A DNA stretch of 21,627 nt from a virus (Duplodnaviria > Heunggongvirae > Uroviricota > Caudoviricetes): the IMG/VR virus record IMGVR_UViG_2859788636_000004. One strand, 5' to 3'. Below the pieces are notes generated by a model. The model was not told where the DNA came from. It made no database searches and worked only from the letters and a program-made list of their open reading frames with translations. The number at the start of each line of letters is the position of its first letter. The stretch's first letter is position 1. This document shows positions 9,167-16,653 of this stretch, piece by piece. Both the position numbers and the translations under genes were made by a program.

Positions 9167-9985
9167 TTAAGCAGCCATCTGATGATATTTTTCCCTGAAG
9201 GCTGCCGGGGAGATATTCCCCAGACGAGAGTGACGACGCTGACGATTGTAGAAAATCTCAATGTATTCCCGTATTACTGAGATGGCTTCATCCCGGTTAT
9301 TAAAACGATAGTGGCTCAGGCTCTCATTTTTCAGCGTTCCCCAGAAGCTTTCCATCGGAGCGTTGTCGTAACAGTTACCTTTACGCGACATTGATGTTTT
9401 CAGACCAGACTGCTCCTGTATGACCCGGTAATCGTATGCGCAGTACTGTGAACCTCGATCAGAGTGGTGGATTAGCCCGGCAGGTGGGCGCTGGCTCCTG
9501 AGCGCCATAAACAGGGCTTTACCTGTCAGCTCTTTTGTCATGCGCTCTCCCATGGCGTAGCCGACAATTTCACACGTATAAACATCTTTGATGCCAGCGA
9601 GGTACAACCATCCCTCCTGTGTGGCAACATACGTCAGGTCCGCCACCCAGACCTGATTTGGTGCTGTAGGAGCGAACGTCTGGTTCAGCAGATTTGGCGC
9701 AACTGGCAGATTGTGGTTCGGGTTCGTAGTCGCTCTGAACTTGCGTTTCTGCTTACAGCGTAGCCTTAGCTCCTTACGAAGACGTGCCAGTCGGTCACGA
9801 CCAACGATGATGCCATTCTCTGCCAGCTCCGTCTGGAGCCGCCGGGTTCCATATGTTTCGCGAGTGCGGATATGTGCCACCTTAATCTCCAGTTTTAGCC
9901 GCTCATCACTTTGTTTTCTGTCTGAGGGTTCATGCTGTACCCAGTTGTAATAACCGCTCCTGGATACACCAAATACCTGACACAT
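9167..9985 (-). CDS. IS600 OrfB transposase
   Basis: 272 aa; one amino-acid difference from the copy A protein. Confidence 0.9.
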   Translation of the reverse strand: MCQVFGVSRSGYYNWVQHEPSDRKQSDERLKLEIKVAHIRTRETYGTRRLQTELAENGIIVGRDRLARLRKELRLRCKQKRKFRATTNPNHNLPVAPNLLNQTFAPTAPNQVWVADLTYVATQEGWLYLAGIKDVYTCEIVGYAMGERMTKELTGKALFMALRSQRPPAGLIHHSDRGSQYCAYDYRVIQEQSGLKTSMSRKGNCYDNAPMESFWGTLKNESLSHYRFNNRDEAISVIREYIEIFYNRQRRHSRLGNISPAAFREKYHQMAA

Positions 9986-10020
9986 CGCTTCAATGGGAAA
10001 TTGTTGTCGCCATTGTTCGA

Positions 10021-10323
10021 TTAACGCGTATTTTTCAGCGACTCCTGTGCAAAATACGCTGTTGCTTTTTTTAATATATCTCGCTCAAGGCGAGCTTCAT
10101 TTAACGCCTTACGCAGTTGCAGAATTTCAGATTCCAGTTCAGCCACCGTGCGGGAACCAGGAGTACCGAGCCCTTTTCTGGCGGCGGTAACCCATTGTCC
10201 TAAAGTGCCTTCAGGAAGAGATAATCGGGAAGCGCCTTCACTGATCGAAAGTTGATTTTCAAGAACCGTTCTGACAGCTTCGGCTTTGAACTCTTTAGAG
10301 TAACGTTGGGTTTTTCTGCTCAT
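10021..10323 (-). CDS. IS600 OrfA
   Basis: 100 aa, identical to the copy A OrfA. Confidence 0.9.
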   Translation of the reverse strand: MSRKTQRYSKEFKAEAVRTVLENQLSISEGASRLSLPEGTLGQWVTAARKGLGTPGSRTVAELESEILQLRKALNEARLERDILKKATAYFAQESLKNTR

Positions 10324-10600
10324 TATTAGCTCCTTCTGATGCCATTCTATTTCAGGAAGGAGTGTCCGTTAAACTCAGGCTACCTCACTGGTTATGGGTG
10401 ATCGGGGAGAGAGTTTCAACAGAGATTTGAGTGGTCATAACGATAACTCCGTACATTTGGAAATTATCGCCACCGACGACGCCAATCGAACTGGTGGCGA
10501 ACTGTGCAGGGTTGGCGTAACCGGGTACGGAAACCGGCGAGCCTTTCGGCTCCCCCACACAGCCCGCCATAAATCGCGAATGTGACTGTGCAAACGATAT

Positions 10601-10623
10601 GAAAAAAGACGCGGGCGCGTCTC
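10601..10623 (-). terminator. tR'-like intrinsic terminator just downstream of the late promoter
   Basis: On the minus strand, AGACGC-GCCC-GCGTCT hairpin followed by TTTTTT; lies about 55-75 nt downstream of the predicted start site. Confidence 0.55.
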
Positions 10624-10684
10624 ATATCGCTCCGTAAACATCCGGGACGCCAATCCCGACGCCAGATTTTGCTGGCGCGTGAGG

Positions 10685-10714
10685 AATATAGCCCCGGATA
10701 ACAGATTGAGTCAA
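10685..10714 (-). promoter_or_regulatory. PR'-like late promoter (candidate Q-utilisation region)
   Basis: On the minus strand, TTGACT (-35, overlapping the Q stop codon), 18-nt spacer, TATATT (-10). The promoter plus a short terminated leader right after a Q-like gene is the classical lambdoid arrangement. Confidence 0.5.
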
Positions 10715-11265
10715 CAAACGGTTTTTAGATCCCCGGAAGAGAATGCATCACGCATCGGTAGATAGAGCATATATTCAGCAAGATTTAGCCATACATCTAC
10801 CCGACTGCAGCACGTCCGGAAACACCACTCAGGGTGTGCGTCATTCAGCAATTCAGCCATTTTACGCTTAGTCATCCCCCGCCCTTCATACCGTTGCCGG
10901 AGGACACTAATCAATCCAGGATGCTCTGCCAGCACCTCACTTATGACTCTATCAATACATAACGCCTCTGCATCAGTACAATGCGCCAGCCAGGTCTTTT
11001 GCTTGCCATTGATCATCTCTCGCAAAAACGCTTCCAGCTCAGGTTTCTCTATTCCCGCTTTTTTCATCCTGCGCAGGGCTTCATTGACGGCTGTTTTCGT
11101 CAATTTTTTGGATGCCAGCAACTGGTTAAACATATTTCCCGTCTTACCGCCGCCAATATACGACCAGCGCCCCCACATGCGCAGTTTTCCCTGAATCCAG
11201 ACACTTTCCAGCGTGGTGAGACGAAGGTGTTCCCCGCTTTTGCCTGTATTTGTTGGGTAAATCAT
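10711..11265 (-). CDS. Putative late antiterminator Q-like protein (184 aa)
   Basis: Start ATG at 11263-11265 with SD GGAAGG and an ATGA overlap with the upstream gene; last gene before the PR'/tR' pair; follows YbcN-like and YbcO-like nin genes as in lambdoid prophages. Family assigned by position and a W-G-x-W motif recollection, not by confirmed homology. Confidence 0.55.
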   Translation of the reverse strand: MIYPTNTGKSGEHLRLTTLESVWIQGKLRMWGRWSYIGGGKTGNMFNQLLASKKLTKTAVNEALRRMKKAGIEKPELEAFLREMINGKQKTWLAHCTDAEALCIDRVISEVLAEHPGLISVLRQRYEGRGMTKRKMAELLNDAHPEWCFRTCCSRVDVWLNLAEYMLYLPMRDAFSSGDLKTVC

Positions 11266-11552
11266 AAATAACCTTCCTTTCTCCAGATTTCTTGTGTGCG
11301 AAAAACACCTTCTGCATGCATCAGGCGTAATTCTTCTTTGGTGTAATCGCTGGTTTTTACCCGCCCGTCGATTAAATCGTGGCATGAGCTACAGGCAATC
11401 GCTGCCTGCATATCGTGTGGTTTTGTCGCTGTTCCGCACGTCCCCGCCAGCCTGTAATGCGCCAGCACAGAAGTTTCGGGATTGTGATTGCAGTAGCCAG
11501 GAATTCTGACGGTGCACATCTGCCCCCGCGCCGCTTTACGTAAATCCACCAT
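11262..11552 (-). CDS. YbcO-like protein (DUF1364, putative nuclease) of the nin region
   Basis: MVDLRKAARGQMCTVRIPGYCNHNPETSVLAHYRLAGTCGTATKPHDMQAAIACSSCHDLIDGR... resembles E. coli DLP12 YbcO, with conserved Cys/His pattern. Confidence 0.7.
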   Translation of the reverse strand: MVDLRKAARGQMCTVRIPGYCNHNPETSVLAHYRLAGTCGTATKPHDMQAAIACSSCHDLIDGRVKTSDYTKEELRLMHAEGVFRTQEIWRKEGYL

Positions 11553-12151
11553 TACGCAAACTCCAGTAACTGCGCGGCCACATTTTCGACTTCCTCCGGA
11601 GAGGAAAATTTACGGAACAGGATCCAGTTCCACAGCACATTCAGTACAGATTTATAAACCTGCTGAAACTCGGTTTCGTCCATGTTCGCAAATGCGATAG
11701 ATTTTGCCCTGCGCCCACGACTACCATCAGGATAAATATGCTCGGTGTAAAATCCGGCCTGAATGGTTACCCACTCGCGGAAAGCGTCAAACGACTTTAG
11801 CAATGCCGTATCCCGGGTTCTGCATGTCGCAACTGTATTAAGGTATTGCTCTGCGGCATCACTCAGGGCTGGAGTGTGTTCCCGACCTACTGATTCGCAC
11901 AGGTAATCAACGAAGCCTGATACCAGTTTTCGTTCGCGAGGCGTGATCGCCCCACCGACCGGAGTCCAGTAATCAAATCCCAGTTGCAGGAGTTTGAAAA
12001 AACGCTTGTGGAATGCGTAGTTACGCACACGCTTAAAGTCTGCGTGTATCCACTCACCTATTTTGATTTGATGCAAAAAATCGCAACTCTCCGGCGTCGC
12101 CGGGAGAAGTAATCCGGAAGAGGTTTGTTTGACCAGTTGTATATGCGCCAT
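11552..12151 (-). CDS. YbcN-like protein (DUF1367 family), 199 aa
   Basis: MAHIQLVKQTSSGLLLPATPESCDFLHQIKIGEWIHADFKRVRNYAFHKRFFKLLQLGFDYW...; start/stop overlap with the downstream gene. Confidence 0.65.
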   Translation of the reverse strand: MAHIQLVKQTSSGLLLPATPESCDFLHQIKIGEWIHADFKRVRNYAFHKRFFKLLQLGFDYWTPVGGAITPRERKLVSGFVDYLCESVGREHTPALSDAAEQYLNTVATCRTRDTALLKSFDAFREWVTIQAGFYTEHIYPDGSRGRRAKSIAFANMDETEFQQVYKSVLNVLWNWILFRKFSSPEEVENVAAQLLEFA

Positions 12152-12284
12152 CGTAGTTCTCCGCTGGCGCAGTAGAATGGGTGTTCAGCCCGTTATGTAG
12201 TATACCAGAATTAATGCCAATACTAACAGGGTAATGCTGCCAACTTACTGATTTAGTGTATGATGGTGATTTTAAGGTGCTTGC

Positions 12285-12560
12285 GTGGCTTCCATTTCCA
12301 TCAGATGTCCTTCCTGCTCCGCTACTGAAGGCGTGGTGCGTAACGGCAAAAGCACTGCCGGACATCAGCGCTATCTCTGCTCTCATTGCCGTAAAACATG
12401 GCAACTACAGTTCACTTACACCGCCTCTCAGCCCGGTACGCACCAGAAAATCATTGATATGGCCATGAATGGCGTCGGATGTCGCGCCAGTGCACGCATT
12501 ATGGGCGTTGGCCTCAACACGGTTTTACGTCACTTAAAAAACTCAGGCCGCAGTCGGTAA
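12285..12560 (+). CDS. insA: IS1 InsA
   Basis: [66 protein letters not shown]...; GTG start; A6C slippery motif TTAAAAAACTC near its 3' end. Confidence 0.9.
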   Translation: MASISIRCPSCSATEGVVRNGKSTAGHQRYLCSHCRKTWQLQFTYTASQPGTHQKIIDMAMNGVGCRASARIMGVGLNTVLRHLKNSGRSR

Positions 12561-12982
12561 CCTCGCGCATACAACCGGGCAGTGATGTGATTGTCTGCGC
12601 TGAAATGGACGAACATTGGGGCTACGTCGGTGCTAAATCACGTCAGCGCTGGCTGTTTTACGCGTATGACAGGATACGGAGGACGGTTGTGGCGCACGTC
12701 TTCGGTGAACGCACTCTGGCCACACTGGAGCGTCTTCTGAGCCTGCTGTCGGCCTTTGAGGTCGTGGTATGGATGACGGATGGCTGTCCGCTGTATGAAT
12801 CACGCCTGAAGGGAAAGCTGCACGTTATCAGCAAGCGTTACACTCAGCGCATTGAGCGACATAATCTGAATCTGAGACAACATCTGGCAAGGCTGGTACG
12901 GAAGTCACTGTCGTTCTCAAAATCGGTGGAGCTGCATGACAAGGTCATCGGGCATTATCTGAACATAAAACACTATCAGTAA
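12479..12982 (+). CDS. insB: IS1 InsB reading frame (expressed as InsAB' by -1 frameshift)
   Basis: 167-aa frame overlapping insA; C-terminus matches the partial copy at 1-294. Confidence 0.9.
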   Translation: MSRQCTHYGRWPQHGFTSLKKLRPQSVTSRIQPGSDVIVCAEMDEHWGYVGAKSRQRWLFYAYDRIRRTVVAHVFGERTLATLERLLSLLSAFEVVVWMTDGCPLYESRLKGKLHVISKRYTQRIERHNLNLRQHLARLVRKSLSFSKSVELHDKVIGHYLNIKHYQ

Positions 12983-12999
12983 GTTGGAGTCATTACCTA

Positions 13000-13251
13000 C
13001 TAACAGGATGCTCTGACTCGCAATTCATCCAGCAGTTTATCATTTCCCATAATGTCACTTACCCTCATCGGTAAAAAAATTGCCTTTCGACCATTACGAT
13101 ACATTATTGATTTTGGGGTTTCAGGGAAGTAATCCATTTCGACTATAACTGACAGGTCATCACGACGTATGACTGCGTATTTGCTACTAAATAGTTTCTT
13201 TATTTTTTCCACGATGCCCCCAGGTTTATAAGTACAAACGGTTATATCCAC
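13000..13251 (-). CDS. Hypothetical protein (83 aa), AT-rich accessory gene
   Basis: ORF MDITVCTYKPGGIVEKIKKLFSSKYAVIRRDDLSVIVEMDYFPETPKSIMYRNGRK...; its stop codon TAG lies inside the right copy of the IS1 target-site duplication; AT-rich upstream region 13252-13380. Confidence 0.45.
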   Translation of the reverse strand: MDITVCTYKPGGIVEKIKKLFSSKYAVIRRDDLSVIVEMDYFPETPKSIMYRNGRKAIFLPMRVSDIMGNDKLLDELRVRASC

Positions 13252-13395
13252 ATAGAGACAAAAATATTAATCTGATAAATATTTATTTCACGCCGTATAT
13301 TTGATTGTTTAATGTGCAAGTACAATGACTTTTATTTTTTGTTGTGTATATAATCAAATATATGGTTATTTTTCACCCTGCGTATTCAGCACGCA

Positions 13396-13419
13396 ACAAA
13401 AAACCCGCCGAAGCGGGTT
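13396..13419 (-). terminator. Rho-independent terminator at the 3' end of the hok/mok transcript
   Basis: On the minus strand, AACCCGC-TTCG-GCGGGTT hairpin followed by a T-run. Confidence 0.6.
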
Positions 13420-13487
13420 TAGTGCGGGTGCGTTGAGGATGCCTGACACATGAGAGGTGGCGAGGGATTTCTCCCCCGCCTGGTCTC

Positions 13488-13643
13488 TTACTCCTCAGGT
13501 TCGTAAGCTGTGAAGACAGCGACCTCCGTCTGGCCGGTTCGGATTCGTACCTCGCAGAGGTCTTTCCTCGTTACCAGTGCCGTCACTATGACGGTTAAAC
13601 AGATGACGATCAGGGCGATTAACATCGCCTTTTGCTGCTTCAT
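13488..13643 (-). CDS. hokD: Hok/Gef-family type I toxin (51 aa), closest recalled paralog HokD (RelF)
   Basis: MKQQKAMLIALIVICLTVIVTALVTRKDLCEVRIRTGQTEVAVFTAYEPEE; SD AAGGAGA 7 nt upstream of the ATG. Family assignment is secure; the paralog name is from memory. Confidence 0.85.
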   Translation of the reverse strand: MKQQKAMLIALIVICLTVIVTALVTRKDLCEVRIRTGQTEVAVFTAYEPEE

Positions 13644-13700
13644 AGCCTGCTTCTCCTTGCCTTTCGGCACGTAAGAGGCTAACCTACATTTGTGAGACAT
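13488..13700 (-). CDS. mok-like overlapping reading frame (N-terminally extended Hok frame)
   Basis: In-frame upstream extension MSHKCRLASYVPKGKEKQA- has the same pattern as MokC (MLNTCRVPLTDRKVKEKRA-). Confidence 0.55.
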   Translation of the reverse strand: MSHKCRLASYVPKGKEKQAMKQQKAMLIALIVICLTVIVTALVTRKDLCEVRIRTGQTEVAVFTAYEPEE

Positions 13701-13981
13701 AGATTGGGCCTCAGATTAATGTTAAGCGTCTTGCAGGACGCGTAATGTTAACTGGGGCTTTTCTCTGTCTGCCTTACAGTGGCATGCCCGAGGCAGACAG
13801 CCTCAAGCACCCGCAGCAATCTTACCGATACCGATAAGAAAACGCTATTTTTTATTGCCAGCACCTTCTATCCAGGCTAATTTATCTGCGTCAGAACGGC
13901 GCAATGCGCTCGCCTGAGATACGTTTACTTGCCATGGTAACAACAGGTAACGGCAATTGCTGTTTCTGTTTTGTTTCCTTC

Positions 13982-14012
13982 AAAAACCCCGGACCATCAA
14001 TCCGGGGTTTTT
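13982..14012. terminator. Bidirectional intrinsic terminator
   Basis: AAAAA-CCCCGGA-CCATCAA-TCCGGGG-TTTTT: a 7-bp GC-rich stem flanked by an A-run and a T-run, so it is valid on either strand. Confidence 0.6.
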
Positions 14013-14017
14013 GTTTG

Positions 14018-14101
14018 TTAACCCCAACGGCAAATCGAATACACCACCAGCGCCACCGCCATCGCAATTCCTACCGTGGTGAATGCCTCAGGCCAGGTCA
14101 T
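14018..14101 (-). CDS. Candidate 27-aa hydrophobic peptide
   Basis: ATG overlaps the TGA stop of the DUF551 gene (ATGA); translation MTWPEAFTTVGIAMAVALVVYSICRWG has a single hydrophobic segment; ends immediately before the bidirectional terminator. Confidence 0.3.
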   Translation of the reverse strand: MTWPEAFTTVGIAMAVALVVYSICRWG

Positions 14102-14463
14102 TGATTCACCTCCTGCGGTGGTTCCGGTAGCGGCATCCAGTGAGTTGAGCTCTCTACTTCAACGCCGTCTTTGTCCACAAAAGCCATCTTATTCCCGCCA
14201 CGAGTGGGGCAAAAAACCTTATCCCAGGAACCGGGGAATACATTCCCGAGATCATCGAGAAGAATCACATCGCAATATTCAGCAGGAACTGCATCACTAC
14301 AGCTTATCCAGCCAGCCAGAGTTACCGGAGAGTTGCCAGCCTTACGCATGGCCATTTCCACGATTTCAACCATATCTCCTGGTGGAATTTTACAAAGTTG
14401 CCCAATACATTTCTGCTGCCTGGCATATTCGAGAATGTGCTCCAGTTTGGTTCGATTAATCAT
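14098..14463 (-). CDS. DUF551-domain phage protein
   Basis: C-terminus ...GWISCSDAVPAEYCDVILLDDLGNVFPGSWDK...VESSTHWMPLPEPP matches the DUF551 signature. Confidence 0.7.
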   Translation of the reverse strand: MINRTKLEHILEYARQQKCIGQLCKIPPGDMVEIVEMAMRKAGNSPVTLAGWISCSDAVPAEYCDVILLDDLGNVFPGSWDKVFCPTRGGNKMAFVDKDGVEVESSTHWMPLPEPPQEVNQ

Positions 14464-15128
14464 TATTTATCTCCCTTAAGCATGGCAGCGCGGCAGGCGT
14501 TCCAGCCATCAACATAATCAAACGTATTACTATCGTTTGGCCCGATTTCATCCGGCACTATCGGCTCTGGTTGGATAGTGACGTTGGCAAAGGCAGCACG
14601 CAAACCGGTTTTAATTTCTTCGATTTCATCAGAGCCAAGCGATGAATCTGACAGTGCGTGATGGAATGCGTAAGCCATGTCGTCGTTTACTGCAACCGGC
14701 ACTGCCGGCGCTGCGTAAAGCGGTGTTATATCTGCCCGAAAATCACATGCTTTATGCAGTCGTACCCAACGCTCAACTTCCGCTTTGTAAAAATATATAG
14801 CAGTGAACGTATTAGATTCCTGGTCAACTTGAGTAAACGTCACCTTCCACGCTACAGCTACGGCTTTCCATCCATCAGGTTGTCGCATTCGCGGGGCAGC
14901 ATAAAGCTCATGCATTCCATCAGGCAGCGAGTGACCCACATACTCACCGAACCCGTCAATACACATGCCCCCATCTTCAACAATGCATTCCGCTACAGGC
15001 TCTGCTTCCAGTGATGCCAGAGCGATAAGCGCCAGTTCACGAATTTCACCGCCGTCTATATCGTCAATATCATCGCGGCCAGAAATGTTAGCCAGCCATT
15101 GCAGTCGCTCTTTGGTAATAGTAGTCAT
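14463..15128 (-). CDS. Hypothetical phage protein (221 aa)
   Basis: Long ORF with start and stop overlapping neighbouring genes (15125-15128 and 14463-14465), typical of a packed phage operon; no family recognised. Confidence 0.6.
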   Translation of the reverse strand: MTTITKERLQWLANISGRDDIDDIDGGEIRELALIALASLEAEPVAECIVEDGGMCIDGFGEYVGHSLPDGMHELYAAPRMRQPDGWKAVAVAWKVTFTQVDQESNTFTAIYFYKAEVERWVRLHKACDFRADITPLYAAPAVPVAVNDDMAYAFHHALSDSSLGSDEIEEIKTGLRAAFANVTIQPEPIVPDEIGPNDSNTFDYVDGWNACRAAMLKGDK

Positions 15129-15490
15129 GCCGTAGCCCCTTCTTGATATTTTTCAAACCAGAACACAACCGGGTCAGATTTCATTTCAACCAATCCCATA
15201 CGAACCAGCGCTTTGCCTTTCCCGGACGCAAGGAATTCACGACGACCATCACTGATAATTCGTCGATAATCTTCCAGGCTACTGCAATGCTTGTGCAGAT
15301 TGCATGGGTGGCATTCTGGTACCATGTTGGATATATCGTCACGTTCCTGGTGAAGCATATTTCCATCAAAACGAATGACCGGTTTTACATGGTCTGCATG
15401 CCACTTTTCGCCAAGTTCGCAGCCGCAATAAGCGCAGCGACCACCGAACTTCATGCGCAGTTCTGCACGTTGTTTTTTCGTCAGTGCCAT
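15125..15490 (-). CDS. HNH endonuclease (121 aa)
   Basis: MALTKKQRAELRMKFGGRCAYCGCELGEKWHADHVKPV...ECHPCNLHKH carries the HNH motif with paired Cys zinc ligands; SD AAGGA before the ATG at 15488-15490. Confidence 0.8.
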   Translation of the reverse strand: MALTKKQRAELRMKFGGRCAYCGCELGEKWHADHVKPVIRFDGNMLHQERDDISNMVPECHPCNLHKHCSSLEDYRRIISDGRREFLASGKGKALVRMGLVEMKSDPVVFWFEKYQEGATA

Positions 15491-15491
15491 A

Positions 15492-15710
15492 TCAGCTTTC
15501 CTTATACGGATTAATTTTATTGTGCAGTGTGTTGAATGACGCCCATACCACGTCGTTATACAATTCAATAACTGGCTCAATTATTTTTCCGATTATCCAG
15601 ACAAAAATTTGCGGGGATATCGGTGTCATCAACACGATAAACAGAATGAGAAACAGGAATTCTGTTGTTCTACTCTTTCGCGGATATTTTTTTCTAAATA
15701 ATGTAACCAT
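15492..15710 (-). CDS. Candidate small hydrophobic protein (72 aa)
   Basis: ORF ends 2 bp before the HNH start; contains the hydrophobic segment FLFLILFIVLMTPI; AT-rich; a GC hairpin (plus coords 15715-15730) sits between an upstream GGAG and the ATG. Confidence 0.3.
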   Translation of the reverse strand: MVTLFRKKYPRKSRTTEFLFLILFIVLMTPISPQIFVWIIGKIIEPVIELYNDVVWASFNTLHNKINPYKES

Positions 15711-15802
15711 TCATTACCGCCCTTTCGGGCGGTCTCCTGATGATTTGAGGGTGCAGAAATCCCTCCGGTTAAGGATTAAATTTTTAACAGTGCTAAATTT
15801 AA

Positions 15803-16159
15803 TTATTCAGTTCTGGATTTTGTCGCCCTGCGTATCCGCGCTTTCGCGTTACGCTCAATCTGTATCAGCTTTTCTATATTTCTCCGCCTTTCCTGTTCCT
15901 CCTGGCGCAATAGCCTTACATCATCTGCCAGTCTGGTTTCTCTTTTTGCCACAGAGAGCATCCAGTCAAACGGCTCCACAACCGCACCGCAGATTTTACA
16001 GCGGACCTGACGCTCTTTTTCGTCAACCCGTACAGAGGCGTGATGGCAATATGGTCTTTCCGATGGCTTATAAAGAAAATTAACCTGATTACGAGGGTCA
16101 TCCTCTTTTATCGGAAATAAAACGATATTGCTTAACTCATCTTCTGGTTTTATTTCCAT
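15803..16159 (-). CDS. Hypothetical protein with Cys/His zinc-ribbon motif (118 aa)
   Basis: Start MEIKPEDE... at 16157-16159 is preceded by SD AGGAGAGG; contains CHH...CKICG. A coupled start at 16216 would give an alternative 137-aa product. Confidence 0.55.
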   Translation of the reverse strand: MEIKPEDELSNIVLFPIKEDDPRNQVNFLYKPSERPYCHHASVRVDEKERQVRCKICGAVVEPFDWMLSVAKRETRLADDVRLLRQEEQERRRNIEKLIQIERNAKARIRRATKSRTE

Positions 16160-16216
16160 GCTCCTCTCCTTTGATGCGAATGCCAGCGGTAATTGAAGCC
16201 TGATAGCTAATTTCAT

Positions 16217-16639
16217 TCACAGTATCGCCTCCTGAAAATTACCCTGATAGAAAGCCAGTACACGCTGCATAGCTTCGCTCTTCCGGCACTCGCGACAGAT
16301 TATATTCAGGCGCCTGTCGTAGCGGCGTATTTCTCCGTCAGGTAATGACCAGATAAGGTCCGGATCAACAACAACCGGTTTCCTCACCTTTACTCTCGAG
16401 AGTTTTTTGCGGGCGCTTTGCCAGTCCTTGCGAGCCTGTTCAGACGGGAATAAGCCGTAGCCAGAATTATATACATCACCACTTGCGACCAGTTCTATGC
16501 ATAAGCGACCGACAGACGCACGACTGATACCTGTTTCATCGGACAACTGCCGAATCGTGACCCGACCGTCCTGATGCACGAGTTCCACAATTCGCGTCTT
16601 CAGTTCTTCCCGCTGTTCGGGAGTAAAAGGTTTCGCCAT
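16217..16639 (-). CDS. Hypothetical HTH-containing protein (140 aa)
   Basis: SD AGGAGG before the ATG; sequence ...RVTIRQLSDETGISRASVGRLCIELVASGDV looks like a helix-turn-helix; lies between the loader and the nin-like genes. Confidence 0.6.
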   Translation of the reverse strand: MAKPFTPEQREELKTRIVELVHQDGRVTIRQLSDETGISRASVGRLCIELVASGDVYNSGYGLFPSEQARKDWQSARKKLSRVKVRKPVVVDPDLIWSLPDGEIRRYDRRLNIICRECRKSEAMQRVLAFYQGNFQEAIL

Positions 16640-16653
16640 AAATCCTCCTGAAA

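Larger units (their letters stand above)
9124..10387 (-). mobile_element. IS600 copy B, complete, simple insertion with 3-bp target-site duplication
   Basis: Same 1264-bp element as copy A; flanked by CTG at 9121-9123 and 10388-10390. Confidence 0.95.
8614..10438 (-). pseudogene. ORF6N-domain (antirepressor-like DNA-binding) gene, first gene after PR'/tR', split by IS600 copy B
   Basis: With IS600 and one TSD copy removed, the two parts join in frame: MTTQISVETLSPITHNQ / IPVITTELLAQLYGTEPVRIRQNHHENKVRFVEGKHFFKV... (about 185 aa). The ELYG...RF.E..FF pattern resembles the ORF6N domain. The Gln codon at the junction is encoded by the CTG target-site duplication. Confidence 0.55.
12230..12997 (+). 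mobile_element. IS1, complete 768-bp copy (divergent iso-IS1 variant) with 9-bp target-site duplication
   Basis: Ends GGTAATGCTGCCAACTTACTGAT (12230) and ...AAGTTGGAGTCATTACC (12997); flanked by TACTAACAG at 12221-12229 and 12998-13006. Confidence 0.95.

Noticed and set aside
10394-10653. ORFs 10394..10585 (+) and 10435..10653 (-) and the long GTG-initiated extension of the ORF6N frame to 10570
   Set aside because: They overlap the tR' hairpin and leader. The ATG at 10436-10438 with a nearby GGAG is a more plausible start for the first late gene.
11262-11385. Longer 224-aa version of the Q-like ORF starting at 11385
   Set aside because: The upstream extension overlaps the YbcO-like gene in another frame; the internal ATG at 11263-11265 has a good SD and the typical ATGA stop-start overlap.
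15484-16083. 199-aa plus-strand ORF 15484..16083 and other plus-strand ORFs antisense to the replication and nin genes (16730..16960, 16966..17421, 17258..17563, 17753..18160)
   Set aside because: Antisense to a tightly packed, translationally coupled minus-strand operon; translations are low-complexity and have no ribosome-binding sites.
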